The notes under the pieces are model-generated. The model worked only from the letters and a program-made list of their open reading frames with translations. It was not told where the DNA came from and did no database searches. A stretch of 64,000 nucleotides of DNA from a virus. The stretch lies in the IMG/VR virus record IMGVR_UViG_3300045988_079665. One strand, 5' to 3'. The position numbers and the translations under genes are program-made. Of the stretch, positions 28,349-36,666 are shown piece by piece. Position 1 is the stretch's first letter. Every line of letters begins with the position of its first letter.

Positions 28349-28990
28349 TTACTTATGATTCACCGGTATAACCACACCATCTCCATTTTCAGCCTTGAAA
28401 TAAATCGGGCTGATTCTATTTGCCGCATACGCCTTACAATCAGGCAGACATTCCATAGCATTAAGCAAATACTGCGGATTAACCCAAAGATTCAATTCTT
28501 CATCAAGCAGATAATCAGCTACTTTCTTAGGATTATTCTTTTCTTTGATTTTATGCGTCTTGATATAGACCTTTAATTTGTCAATATCAGGCAGGGCAAT
28601 TTCCTCAGAGTCGTATATTGGTCTAACAATCTGTTCAAGCTGCATTTCCTGTCCACGATATTTTTCATCAATTTCAGGCAGGAGCGGCTTTTCGTTGAAT
28701 CGGATTGCTACAAAGCCATCACATACGCAATACAGTGTTGAGCCATCTCTTGTCTGATTGGTAAACATACCCATTAACATATCTCGACCAGTGGATTCAG
28801 CGTTCTTAATGATACGATTTGCCGCAGTCACAATCGACTTAGTATCAGATTTCTTTGACTGCTCAATGAGCATATCAGCTTCAAGCTGTTTTAGAACATT
28901 ATCCATCTCTTCACTAGTAAAAATCATACCCTCAGCATTTACAGAATCACGCCACACCTTGATAGTATCATACAGTTTTTCAGTTGTCAT
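28349..28990 (-). CDS. hypothetical protein with sliding-clamp (DnaN) C-terminal-domain-like end
   Basis: VNPQYLLNAMECLP...PIYFKAENGDGVVIPV resembles the DnaN FNxxYLLDAL...P...MP(V/M)R segment. Next to the polymerase. Confidence 0.3.
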   Translation of the reverse strand: MTTEKLYDTIKVWRDSVNAEGMIFTSEEMDNVLKQLEADMLIEQSKKSDTKSIVTAANRIIKNAESTGRDMLMGMFTNQTRDGSTLYCVCDGFVAIRFNEKPLLPEIDEKYRGQEMQLEQIVRPIYDSEEIALPDIDKLKVYIKTHKIKEKNNPKKVADYLLDEELNLWVNPQYLLNAMECLPDCKAYAANRISPIYFKAENGDGVVIPVNHK

Positions 28991-28992
28991 AA

Positions 28993-29178
28993 TTATTTAC
29001 CTCTCGCCTTTTTATCAGTTCTAAAATCTACTAATCTATTATTAGGGTTAAAATCCTGAGATGGTTTAGGTATGATATTATCTATCATATTATTAAACCA
29101 TTCGTAACTATGCAATCTGTTCCACAAATCCTCAAATTGTTCTTCTGTAAGAATTGGTAATTTGAATTTTTCATCCAT
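28993..29178 (-). CDS. hypothetical protein
   Basis: ORF track. Confidence 0.45.
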   Translation of the reverse strand: MDEKFKLPILTEEQFEDLWNRLHSYEWFNNMIDNIIPKPSQDFNPNNRLVDFRTDKKARGK

Positions 29179-29184
29179 AATTAT

Positions 29185-29469
29185 TTATTCCCTATAATCG
29201 TCATAAATTTCAAGCACATAATGCTTCTCGTCTCTCCACTTGCGTGGTGGTGCAATTATAACTTCATGTCTTGTTTCATCAATCAATTCTTTTAGCTTAG
29301 CCATAGATGAAATATCAATATATGTAATATCCCATTCACTATTATTGATATTATTCCTCACTCGAGTCGTATACATCTTATACTTTTCATCCCTAAGACA
29401 AGGATACTTGTTAATTGCCTCAACATAAGATGTGTAGCCAATCGATGTGATATTTAAGCAGAATTTCAT
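29185..29469 (-). CDS. hypothetical protein
   Basis: ORF track. Start moved to the second Met (MKFCLN) because the first ATG lies ~5 nt from the predicted TSS. Confidence 0.45.
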   Translation of the reverse strand: MKFCLNITSIGYTSYVEAINKYPCLRDEKYKMYTTRVRNNINNSEWDITYIDISSMAKLKELIDETRHEVIIAPPRKWRDEKHYVLEIYDDYRE

Positions 29470-29501
29470 AATAACAACCGCCCCTTTCATTTAATACTTG
29501 G

Positions 29502-29530
29502 ATTATATCATAGATTAGAGCGGTTGTCAA
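29502..29530 (-). promoter_or_regulatory. sigma-A type promoter TTGACA-17-TATAAT
   Basis: attata at 29502-29507 and tgtcaa at 29525-29530. Flanked by the 7-bp inverted repeat CAACCGC/GCGGTTG. Confidence 0.7.
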
Positions 29531-29540
29531 GAGGGTTTAT

Positions 29541-29855
29541 TTAATTTTTTCTTAGAATTTTAGCGTCAATCAACTCTTTCTGATTAAGCCATTCTAAACC
29601 ATTTTCAATATCTATCATTGCACGATTCGTTTGTTCGTCAATTAAAAACCTATCCTTCTCATATTCGATAGTAACTCGAATTGCGCCACATTGACCAGCT
29701 AATCTTGGGTCTGTCCTATAAATATAACGGAATATATTCATGTCAAATGTAATCAAAGCGTCATGCAATTTAACATTTGTCACTACATAAGCAATATCAA
29801 TTTTGTGAACAACTTGTAATTTGAAATTCTTCGTTATAAATTCGTCAAATCTCAT
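29541..29855 (-). CDS. hypothetical protein
   Basis: ORF track. Start set at MRFDEF, 1 nt after the upstream TGA. Confidence 0.45.
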   Translation of the reverse strand: MRFDEFITKNFKLQVVHKIDIAYVVTNVKLHDALITFDMNIFRYIYRTDPRLAGQCGAIRVTIEYEKDRFLIDEQTNRAMIDIENGLEWLNQKELIDAKILRKN

Positions 29856-29856
29856 A

Positions 29857-31257
29857 TCACAACCACACCTTTTGATCCTGTTGAGTACATACAACCCTAC
29901 TTGATTTACCTTGTTTAATTAGCTCATCTTGTAGGGTATGAGTAAATTCTACCTTGCTTGAAAATTCACTATGTACTAAGCATAATTTGTCATAATCTAT
30001 ATTCTGATAATATTGCATTAGCTGATTATAATTGGCATGAGATGAAAATGTATTTAAGCAATATATCTGAGCATTGTTCTGAATCAGCTCACCATCAAGC
30101 ATGATTTCTTTTGCGCCATGCTTAATTTCATATGCAAGCGTATTAGGACTAGCATAACCAGAGAATAGCACGGTATTGCGGTTATTGGGAAGAATGTATT
30201 TGAGATGAGCCAAAGCCCGTCCAGCATTGAGCATACCGCTACTAGCCACTATAATGGCTCGTTCATTTGATTGCTGAATAGATTGACTTTCTTCCCATGA
30301 CTCAATTAGTCGCAAATTGAGCTTATCTTCATAATCTAGTTGCTCTGACCATGCTCTATAGATACGACAGGCAAGCGGCGAATCAAGATAAATAGGAATC
30401 ATCTGCCCATCAATCTTGCGCTCCATGGCTCGTGTATGCCATAGGACATCAAGAATATCCTCTACGCGCTGTAGACTAAAAGCTGGCATCAAGATACGGT
30501 TATATTGGTATATAGCCGCATTAATAATTTGCTCATCATACCAGCGGTCTTTCTTCATGCTATAGCATCTAGTCGAATCACTATAAGTACATTCACCAAC
30601 TACTACATTACATCTTGGCAATGGCTCGATTGGCGGTACAGATACGCTCTTAGCCTCTGTATTAAAATCGCCCGTAAAGCCAATTCGCTTGATACTATAA
30701 CCTTGTTTGATTTCCAACACAACTTGAGCCGAATGAATTATATGACCAGCATGATAATATGTCAGCTTTGCACCGCCTACAATGGTCGTAGGAACGTTAA
30801 ACGGCACTTCGACAAGCCATTGTATTACTTTATCAATATCAGCCTCAGTAGCCAATGGTGGTGCTTTGATACCATGCTTATTCTGCATCTTTAGGCTATC
30901 CTGTGCCATGATTTTAATGCAATCATCCATCATTATCTTGAGGATAGGAATTGAGCCTTGAGGGATATAGATATATGCTTGCATACCCATAGCAACAGCG
31001 GCAAGCACCCCAAGACAATGATCAGCATGTAGATGAGTAATGACAACACCATGCACCGTCTTTGGTTTGATTTTCTTCATCTGGTCACGATTAGCGCGAT
31101 AATCAGCTACTAGATTATTGGTCTGAATTAGACCCATATCAACAGCTAATTTGATATTGTCGAATCTAACAATCGTGCATGAACCAGTTACAGATGCGGA
31201 ATTGCCACCAATGAAATGTAGATAGGGCTTGGATGTTCCAGATGATTTAGCTGGCAT
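29857..31257 (-). CDS. MBL-fold beta-CASP-type nuclease
   Basis: HLHADHC (HxHxDH) motif and a C-terminal SSHA-type motif; 466 aa. Confidence 0.7.
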   Translation of the reverse strand: MPAKSSGTSKPYLHFIGGNSASVTGSCTIVRFDNIKLAVDMGLIQTNNLVADYRANRDQMKKIKPKTVHGVVITHLHADHCLGVLAAVAMGMQAYIYIPQGSIPILKIMMDDCIKIMAQDSLKMQNKHGIKAPPLATEADIDKVIQWLVEVPFNVPTTIVGGAKLTYYHAGHIIHSAQVVLEIKQGYSIKRIGFTGDFNTEAKSVSVPPIEPLPRCNVVVGECTYSDSTRCYSMKKDRWYDEQIINAAIYQYNRILMPAFSLQRVEDILDVLWHTRAMERKIDGQMIPIYLDSPLACRIYRAWSEQLDYEDKLNLRLIESWEESQSIQQSNERAIIVASSGMLNAGRALAHLKYILPNNRNTVLFSGYASPNTLAYEIKHGAKEIMLDGELIQNNAQIYCLNTFSSHANYNQLMQYYQNIDYDKLCLVHSEFSSKVEFTHTLQDELIKQGKSSRVVCTQQDQKVWL

Positions 31258-31570
31258 TAGCCGCCTCCTCGTTCTTTTTACCAGTTGGTAAATAAGCCCA
31301 TGCTACCACATCGTCCCAATCTCCATGATTGTCAAGATAATATGAGTTATATCCAGCACATCCATCATCTAGCATACAGGTGTCTTGCCATACATCACCA
31401 CTTGCACCCAATACTAGAATATCTCTATTATCATCCGGTAATTCACAGGCAAACATATAAAGAGGATATTCATATTCGGCTAAACCCCATTCGGCAAATC
31501 CTTCAATTTCTTCCTCAGTTGGCGGTCTGGTTACAACCTCATGCCATACAATTTTTTCAATCCATTCCAT
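31247..31570 (-). CDS. hypothetical protein
   Basis: ORF track. Start set at MEWIEK (TAATG overlap with the upstream stop). Confidence 0.45.
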   Translation of the reverse strand: MEWIEKIVWHEVVTRPPTEEEIEGFAEWGLAEYEYPLYMFACELPDDNRDILVLGASGDVWQDTCMLDDGCAGYNSYYLDNHGDWDDVVAWAYLPTGKKNEEAANAS

Positions 31571-31767
31571 TAAGCTGGCTCGCCTTCCTTCTTTATCTTT
31601 AGCACATTTCTCAGAACACAATCCATACAATTCAAATCAGCATCATTCCACATTTTATCTCTCTGTGCCGTCATGCGTGGGTCGATTTTTACATATCGGT
31701 CACAATCAGATTGATAATCACAGCGGTTGCAAGGGATTTCATACAATTTTTGAGGTCTACGGCCCAT
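31570..31767 (-). CDS. hypothetical Cys-rich protein
   Basis: ORF track; GAGGAGG RBS. Confidence 0.5.
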   Translation of the reverse strand: MGRRPQKLYEIPCNRCDYQSDCDRYVKIDPRMTAQRDKMWNDADLNCMDCVLRNVLKIKKEGEPA

Positions 31768-31892
31768 TCATATTCCTCCTCATATTCAGGTTCTGAGCTT
31801 ACATCAAAACCAATAGCTTGCGTCATCTGTGGACTTGGCTTAATCGTCTCAGCAGCAGCTTGTGCCTCTCTCTGGTCAAGCTCTAAATCAAT

Positions 31893-32030
31893 CTACATAC
31901 GATTGATGTGTGCATTGATAGCGGATGAAATCCATGTAACCACAGAATCAATCAATGGCATAGCGGCTGATACAAATAATATCGAGCCGCCAGCAATCCA
32001 TAGTGGTAATAGATTATTCTTTTCTTTCAT
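31893..32030 (-). CDS. small membrane protein (45 aa)
   Basis: Hand translation MKEKNNLLPLWIAGGSILFVSAAMPLIDSVVTWISSAINAHINRM, ending in TAG. Confidence 0.35.
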   Translation of the reverse strand: MKEKNNLLPLWIAGGSILFVSAAMPLIDSVVTWISSAINAHINRM

Positions 32031-32102
32031 ACATCGCCTTTCTTGATTTCATATAGCATTAAACAGAGCCATAGCAGCATACATACGCCCAGCCGCCATA
32101 CA

Positions 32103-32312
32103 TCATCCATTCTTTTTACCTCTTGAGTTGGCTTCAGCTACTTTACTCTTGATAACATCTTTAATTGCTTTAGCAGATGTCAAGCCACTTGTTAGCTTAT
32201 AAATCTCATAAATACAAGCATCCCATCCAGTCATAAGCCCTTGTGTGAAATAGCTCTGAAATTTAGGCTCAAGTTCCTTTCTGAGTACGTCCTGTAGTTC
32301 ATTATCAGACAT
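32103..32312 (-). CDS. hypothetical protein
   Basis: ORF track. Confidence 0.5.
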   Translation of the reverse strand: MSDNELQDVLRKELEPKFQSYFTQGLMTGWDACIYEIYKLTSGLTSAKAIKDVIKSKVAEANSRGKKNG

Positions 32313-32616
32313 ATGTTCCCTCCCTATATGGCATATCGCAATTTGGACAATATACTTCTGTTAATGTTTCATAACATGGCTCATCCAACTCGGTATGCAA
32401 CTCTCTATGTGTATATCTTTCTAGCTTAGAGCCACAAACAGGACATCGCCCCATTGATTCTAGCGCTGTATCAGCTGTGTAGGCTAATGGCAGGACTTTT
32501 AGGCTAGATAGATACACTAGACAATTTACTAGTGTATCTTCATCATCTTTATAATACTCACATACCGATTCAATTATTTCATCGTGCATTTCTGTCATAG
32601 CACTAGCTCCAGCCAT
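32305..32616 (-). CDS. hypothetical zinc-ribbon protein
   Basis: CPVCG...CPNCD. Confidence 0.5.
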   Translation of the reverse strand: MAGASAMTEMHDEIIESVCEYYKDDEDTLVNCLVYLSSLKVLPLAYTADTALESMGRCPVCGSKLERYTHRELHTELDEPCYETLTEVYCPNCDMPYREGTYV

Positions 32617-33158
32617 TCTGTGTCAACAATAAAGCTATAATGGTTATTTACATCCATGATATAAGCAAGCGTCTGATTCTTATGTTTGGCTACTGTTACA
32701 ACTCTAAATCTATAGTCTTCAAGTTCGTATGTCTGCTCGCCAAAAATAAGATCAGAAGCATATGCGGTCATTACATCATCAACTGAGATATGATTTGTCT
32801 TACACCAATCAGATACAGTATGTGGATAATACCAATCAACAACGCCATGCTTGAATTTGACTTTATCACCAACCTTAATTTCTCTTGGCTTCTTTGCTTC
32901 AAACATTCTTTCTTTCAGCTCATCAATGCCAACCTGTAGCCGCCAATCATCGTCAGGATGGCACCGAACCTCAACCTTTTTACCGTCCTTACTTGTCATC
33001 GTCATACGATTGCCCTCAATATGCAGGTCATAATCGCCCTCTAGCCACTTAGGTGCTAGATTCTTTTCATAGAATTTGTATTCAAGATTCATGTTTTTCT
33101 TCATCCTTTCTTTCATAATTTCATCATACAAGCTATTGAACACATCTTCCCACATCAT
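32595..33158 (-). CDS. hypothetical protein
   Basis: ORF track. Confidence 0.5.
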   Translation of the reverse strand: MMWEDVFNSLYDEIMKERMKKNMNLEYKFYEKNLAPKWLEGDYDLHIEGNRMTMTSKDGKKVEVRCHPDDDWRLQVGIDELKERMFEAKKPREIKVGDKVKFKHGVVDWYYPHTVSDWCKTNHISVDDVMTAYASDLIFGEQTYELEDYRFRVVTVAKHKNQTLAYIMDVNNHYSFIVDTEWLELVL

Positions 33159-33178
33159 TGTTTTGTTCTCCTTATATC

Positions 33179-34018
33179 TTAAAAATTCACAACACTCATA
33201 GCGTTAATTGCACGCTGTTCAGTGCGCTTAATATATCTGTTTGCCGTAATAGCAATAGACGAATGCCCCATTGCTTTACTAATGACCTCAATCGGCACAT
33301 CAGCCTCAGACATCATCGTAGCGAATGTGCGGCGCATCGTGTGATTGCTAATATGCAATTCTTCCCAATTCTCAATACCAGCTTTTCTAGCTGCTACCTT
33401 GAGCATAGCACTGGTATTCTTTCCGTCCATCTTCTTGGACTGATTACCAACGAATAGGTATTCGCAGCCATCTTTGCGCTCGTTGATAATATAGCTATCA
33501 ATCAACTTAATTGTCTCATCGCCTAGACCAATCAATCTATCCTTATCGCCCTTGCCGCGAATGACCAGCACATTGTTTGCGCGGCTTTCATACTGTTCAA
33601 GTGTGATATTAAGCAATTCGTGAATACGCAATCCAGTCTGTGCAAGCATCGTAATAATTGCTTTATTACGCAAATTGGTTGCCGCATTGACCATTGCTCT
33701 AACCTGTTCACCAGTTAGCGCGGACTGCTCCCGGTTCTTGATAGCAGGAGCTTCAAGAAATTCAGCAGGATTGCGACTAATAAATTCATTCCGATAGAGG
33801 AATTTGAAATATTCACGAACGGCAGATGTTCTCTGGGCAACAGATGCAGAGCTGAGATTACTCATGTTGGACTGCCACAACTCAAGGTCAATCGCCTTGA
33901 TTTCAGATTCAGGCTTGTTGACATATTCCAAGCAATTTTCAATCGACTTGGCATATTCACGAATCGTTCCCTCGCTACGATGCTTTGCTTTCAGACTCAT
34001 AATAAACAGTTCATTCAT
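33179..34018 (-). CDS. tyrosine site-specific recombinase (XerC/D / phage integrase family)
   Basis: Catalytic-region motifs GLRIHELL, HTMRRTFAT and GHSSIAITANRYI. Start set at MNELF with an AAGGAG RBS, downstream of the promoter. Confidence 0.8.
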   Translation of the reverse strand: MNELFIMSLKAKHRSEGTIREYAKSIENCLEYVNKPESEIKAIDLELWQSNMSNLSSASVAQRTSAVREYFKFLYRNEFISRNPAEFLEAPAIKNREQSALTGEQVRAMVNAATNLRNKAIITMLAQTGLRIHELLNITLEQYESRANNVLVIRGKGDKDRLIGLGDETIKLIDSYIINERKDGCEYLFVGNQSKKMDGKNTSAMLKVAARKAGIENWEELHISNHTMRRTFATMMSEADVPIEVISKAMGHSSIAITANRYIKRTEQRAINAMSVVNF

Positions 34019-34047
34019 AATATTCAGCTCCTTCATTTGATGATTTA

Positions 34048-34076
34048 AGTATAGCACCATAGCGGCGATTTGTCAA
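34048..34076 (-). promoter_or_regulatory. sigma-A type promoter TTGACA-17-TATACT
   Basis: agtata at 34048-34053 and tgtcaa at 34071-34076. The upstream TGA stop lies inside the -35. Confidence 0.7.
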
Positions 34077-34477
34077 GTATTATTTTTAACTTTCTTAATC
34101 ATCTCATCATATTTCCCACCAGATAAAACTCGTTCACACTCTTCAATGTTCTGTGTAAAATAGTAAATCGCTGGAATGTTATAGGCTTTACTTTCCCATT
34201 TGCGGAGCGATACGCCCTTTTCAACACAATACCAATCAATAGAAATAATGTTCTGAAATGGATAAGCAGTTTCGCCTACCATAATATATCCCTCATGTTT
34301 TATATCGATCATAATCCATTCAGGAATACTACATCTGATTGTATTTGGGTCAATGTAAAATTTATGCCTAAATGAATGCTCATCACCATCTAAGGTCTTA
34401 AATGTCGCGCCCCATTTTTCAACAATTACAAAATCAGTTGGCTTGTATTTCTTTTCTCGTTTCTTAAATAATATCAT
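34073..34477 (-). CDS. hypothetical protein
   Basis: ORF track. Confidence 0.5.
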   Translation of the reverse strand: MILFKKREKKYKPTDFVIVEKWGATFKTLDGDEHSFRHKFYIDPNTIRCSIPEWIMIDIKHEGYIMVGETAYPFQNIISIDWYCVEKGVSLRKWESKAYNIPAIYYFTQNIEECERVLSGGKYDEMIKKVKNNT

Positions 34478-34553
34478 ATATTCACCACCATTCTTTTCCT
34501 TTAGAAAAATCCCTATAATCTTTCGACCATAGGGATTTTAACAGGCGGATTAT

Positions 34554-34829
34554 TTACTCATTGATTTCCGCCTTCAATGTACTTGTTGGCTTAAATGCCA
34601 AAGCATACTTGGCAGGAACTTCAATGGTTTCACCAGTCTGTGGATTACGAGCCGTTCTTGCATCTCTCAGCTTAGTTGTGAACTTGCCAAAGCCATGAAT
34701 CACAACGTCCTCATGCTGGACTAGACTGCGCTTTACATAATCAATGAACGTGTCTACGATTTCAGTTGTGTCCTTGACAGTATTTTCTGTGCTATCTGCT
34801 ACGAACTTAATTAGTTCCTTCTTTGTCAT
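34554..34829 (-). CDS. hup: HU/IHF-family DNA-binding protein
   Basis: MTKKELI..., GFGKFTT, RNPQTGETIEVPA, FKP; 91 aa. Confidence 0.85.
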   Translation of the reverse strand: MTKKELIKFVADSTENTVKDTTEIVDTFIDYVKRSLVQHEDVVIHGFGKFTTKLRDARTARNPQTGETIEVPAKYALAFKPTSTLKAEINE

Positions 34830-35368
34830 AATTTCCTTTTAATTTCCTTTCGATTTCTAATAAAATTTTATTAAAACAAGTCGCAATGTTCATGCGCATA
34901 TTGACTTGATATATAGGGTTATTTTGTCGCACTATTAACTACTTACAGGTACTCACTTCACCAAGCCCTATACTATTTGCGCGGAATAGGATTATCACCA
35001 CACTATAAGCACATTTTCCAGTTTTGCTCTTCGGATGGTACTAGATGAGATTCGACCAACAGCCAACCTTAGCAGTGACGCGCGTTATTTACTAAGGATT
35101 TTTAGAATTGCCACACTCTCTACAAATTCATGTTAAATTGAATTTACAGTTGCGCAACCATCTTAAAATCAAGAGTGTGGCGACGTTGCCTCATAGCATC
35201 AAGTGGTCAGCTATCAACTATTCAGCAACTAGCATTATAACCTATAAACTAGACTATCCGCAGTGACCAAATCTTGAGGACTGTCTTACAAAGCTAGGAT
35301 TTTCGGCTTTTCCACCAGACGGCTATCAAGTGTGCTTACAATGCTAGTAGAGGCATGATAGACGTTTT

Positions 35369-35441
35369 TGACCGTGGTAGGATTCGAACCTACATCTCAT
35401 CCGCTATGAACGGAGAGTATTACCAATTAGGAGACGCGGTC
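35369..35441 (-). tRNA. tRNA-shaped element with Met-type CAU anticodon loop but no pairing D-stem
   Basis: GACCGCG/CACGGUC acceptor (one C-A mismatch). A14/G18G19/A21 are in place. Anticodon arm CUCCG-UUCAUAG-CGGAU, T arm GUAGG-UUCGAAU-CCUAC, A73. D-stem UCCU vs AUAC pairs at only 1 of 4 positions. Confidence 0.4.
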
Positions 35442-35448
35442 ATATGGA

Positions 35449-35562
35449 AATGGGCTTTAAGCGTCAACCCATTAGAAGCATTGGATTCCTATTCAGTTTA
35501 TTAAGTCGTATGTATCCAACAACCAGTGGACTTTGGTAATGGGCTTTAAAGATAAACCCATT
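35449..35562 (-). repeat. twin hairpin modules (AATGGG...CCCATT-AGAA) 89 nt apart
   Basis: Copies at 35449-35473 and 35538-35562 share aatgggctttaa...acccattagaa. Confidence 0.6.
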
Positions 35563-35880
35563 AGAACTAATCAGCAAGTCTACACTCTAACCTAGTCCTA
35601 AGACTGCTAGAACCTCTCCACATTTTTGTATGCCTCGCCTCGACTTACTGATTGCAACTATAATTAGTATCCCTTAGTTGCCTAGGGGCCAATCCCTGCT
35701 TAATCCGTCTGGTTCTCGTTATCGACATGATTGACTGCATATGCCTTTATGCTGTTAAGCAATTTAATTTCCTCTCACCAGCTCGATTTGCATTTGATAA
35801 CGAAGTGCTTATGACCAATTCTCTTCTCCGTATTAGTAGTCTATAAACCAGCCACTATATATCGTTTCAAGTGGACTTAA

Positions 35881-35959
35881 TGGTGCGGGATAGGAAAGTC
35901 AAATCCCTACGCCTTACGGATTTTGAATCCGCTCCCTCTGCCGATTGGGGTACCGAGCC
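35881..35959 (-). ncRNA. tRNA-shaped chimera: Leu(CAA)-like 5' half joined to a T-arm/acceptor/CCA 3' part that does not pair with it
   Basis: 5' half is GGCUCGG-UA-CCC(C)-AAUCGGCAGA-GGG-A-GCGGA-UUCAAAA-UCCGU. 3' part is AGGGA-UUUGACU-UUCCU-AUCCCGC-A-CCA. The acceptor strands are not complementary. Confidence 0.3.
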
Positions 35960-36637
35960 ATATTTATCTTAAGCCGACTTTCTACCTCATAGCTATTTCT
36001 AGCATCGGCTCGTGAATGATGTTTACATATGATGTGCTATCACGCCAAAAAATCCATGTTGCTAAGGCATATCCCAACACACAACATAATGCTTAGCAAG
36101 ACAAATTTGTGTGCCAGTAGTCGCTAACTACTCTTGGGAACAAGTGAATATCGAACTACCATTTCTGGACGGTGCGACCGATTTATTCTTGTGCAAAGCA
36201 CTATGTTCATTCACTGTTAGTGACTCGCGATCAGGCTTCCTCTGATTTAACTGTCACCATTGCCACGATTTACTCCTTAGACGATGGCTGCCTCTAAGCC
36301 AACATTTCATATGTATGTAATATCCTTATATCACCTTTGCCGTTATGTTTTTGCCCTCATGCTAACGGAACACGCTCAGGCGCGACCCCAATTCTCTATA
36401 AGCTATCTGCCGCTTCTCAAACTCTGCACAGACCTGCTTCACAGGCGTGATATAGATTTGACGGTTATCTTCAAATCCGGTCGGATATTATAAACGATGG
36501 CTGTTCATCTCACTCCATTTACTACTGCTCCTGTGTTCCAAAGATTCTATATTGCTATTCATTATCGGCTTTGCCGTCCTGTCTTACCGGGCGCTCATAA
36601 TCTTTAGCTTCGTAGCACCATCATCTTTACATTCTCA

Positions 36638-36666
36638 ATTATAGCATACTTGATTTCATTTGTCAA
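36638..36666 (-). promoter_or_regulatory. sigma-A type promoter TTGACA-17-TATAAT driving the ORF-free RNA locus
   Basis: attata at 36638-36643 and tgtcaa at 36661-36666. The upstream TGA stop lies inside the -35. Confidence 0.75.

Larger units (their letters stand above)
34860..36630 (-). ncRNA. ~1.8-kb ORF-free promoter-driven transcript; candidate large structured RNA with embedded tRNA-shaped units
   Basis: Consensus promoter at 36638-36666. No credible minus-strand ORF. Many helices, including a 12-bp long-range pairing with a strand-specific G-U. See findings. Confidence 0.5.

Noticed and set aside
31767-31895. Stop-codon recoding or suppressor tRNA. An in-frame TAG at 31893 is followed by an acidic ORF-like stretch, and CUA is present in the anticodon loop of the 37330-37422 tRNA.
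   Set aside because: - All long genes (DnaE 1420 aa, NrdJ, RNAP, TerL) are intact under the standard code.
- The only 5-bp anticodon-stem register puts UAU, not CUA, at positions 34-36.
- The post-TAG frame runs into the next gene in a different frame.
35881-36120. tmRNA-like arrangement, in which the 3' T-arm/acceptor/CCA at 35881-35915 would pair with a distant 5' strand.
   Set aside because: - No GCGGGAU-type partner exists upstream. The best is UUGGGAUA at about 36068-36076, which has a mismatch.
- There is no recognisable tag-peptide reading frame with a resume codon.
36284-36493. Tracked 69-aa plus-strand ORF inside the large non-coding locus, and likewise 60541-60771(+), 60762-61079(-) and 61135-61407(-) in the second locus.
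   Set aside because: - None has an RBS or promoter in the right orientation.
- 36284-36493 is antisense to the promoter-driven transcript.
- Their translations are compositionally odd.
- The surrounding sequence shows RNA-helix features instead.
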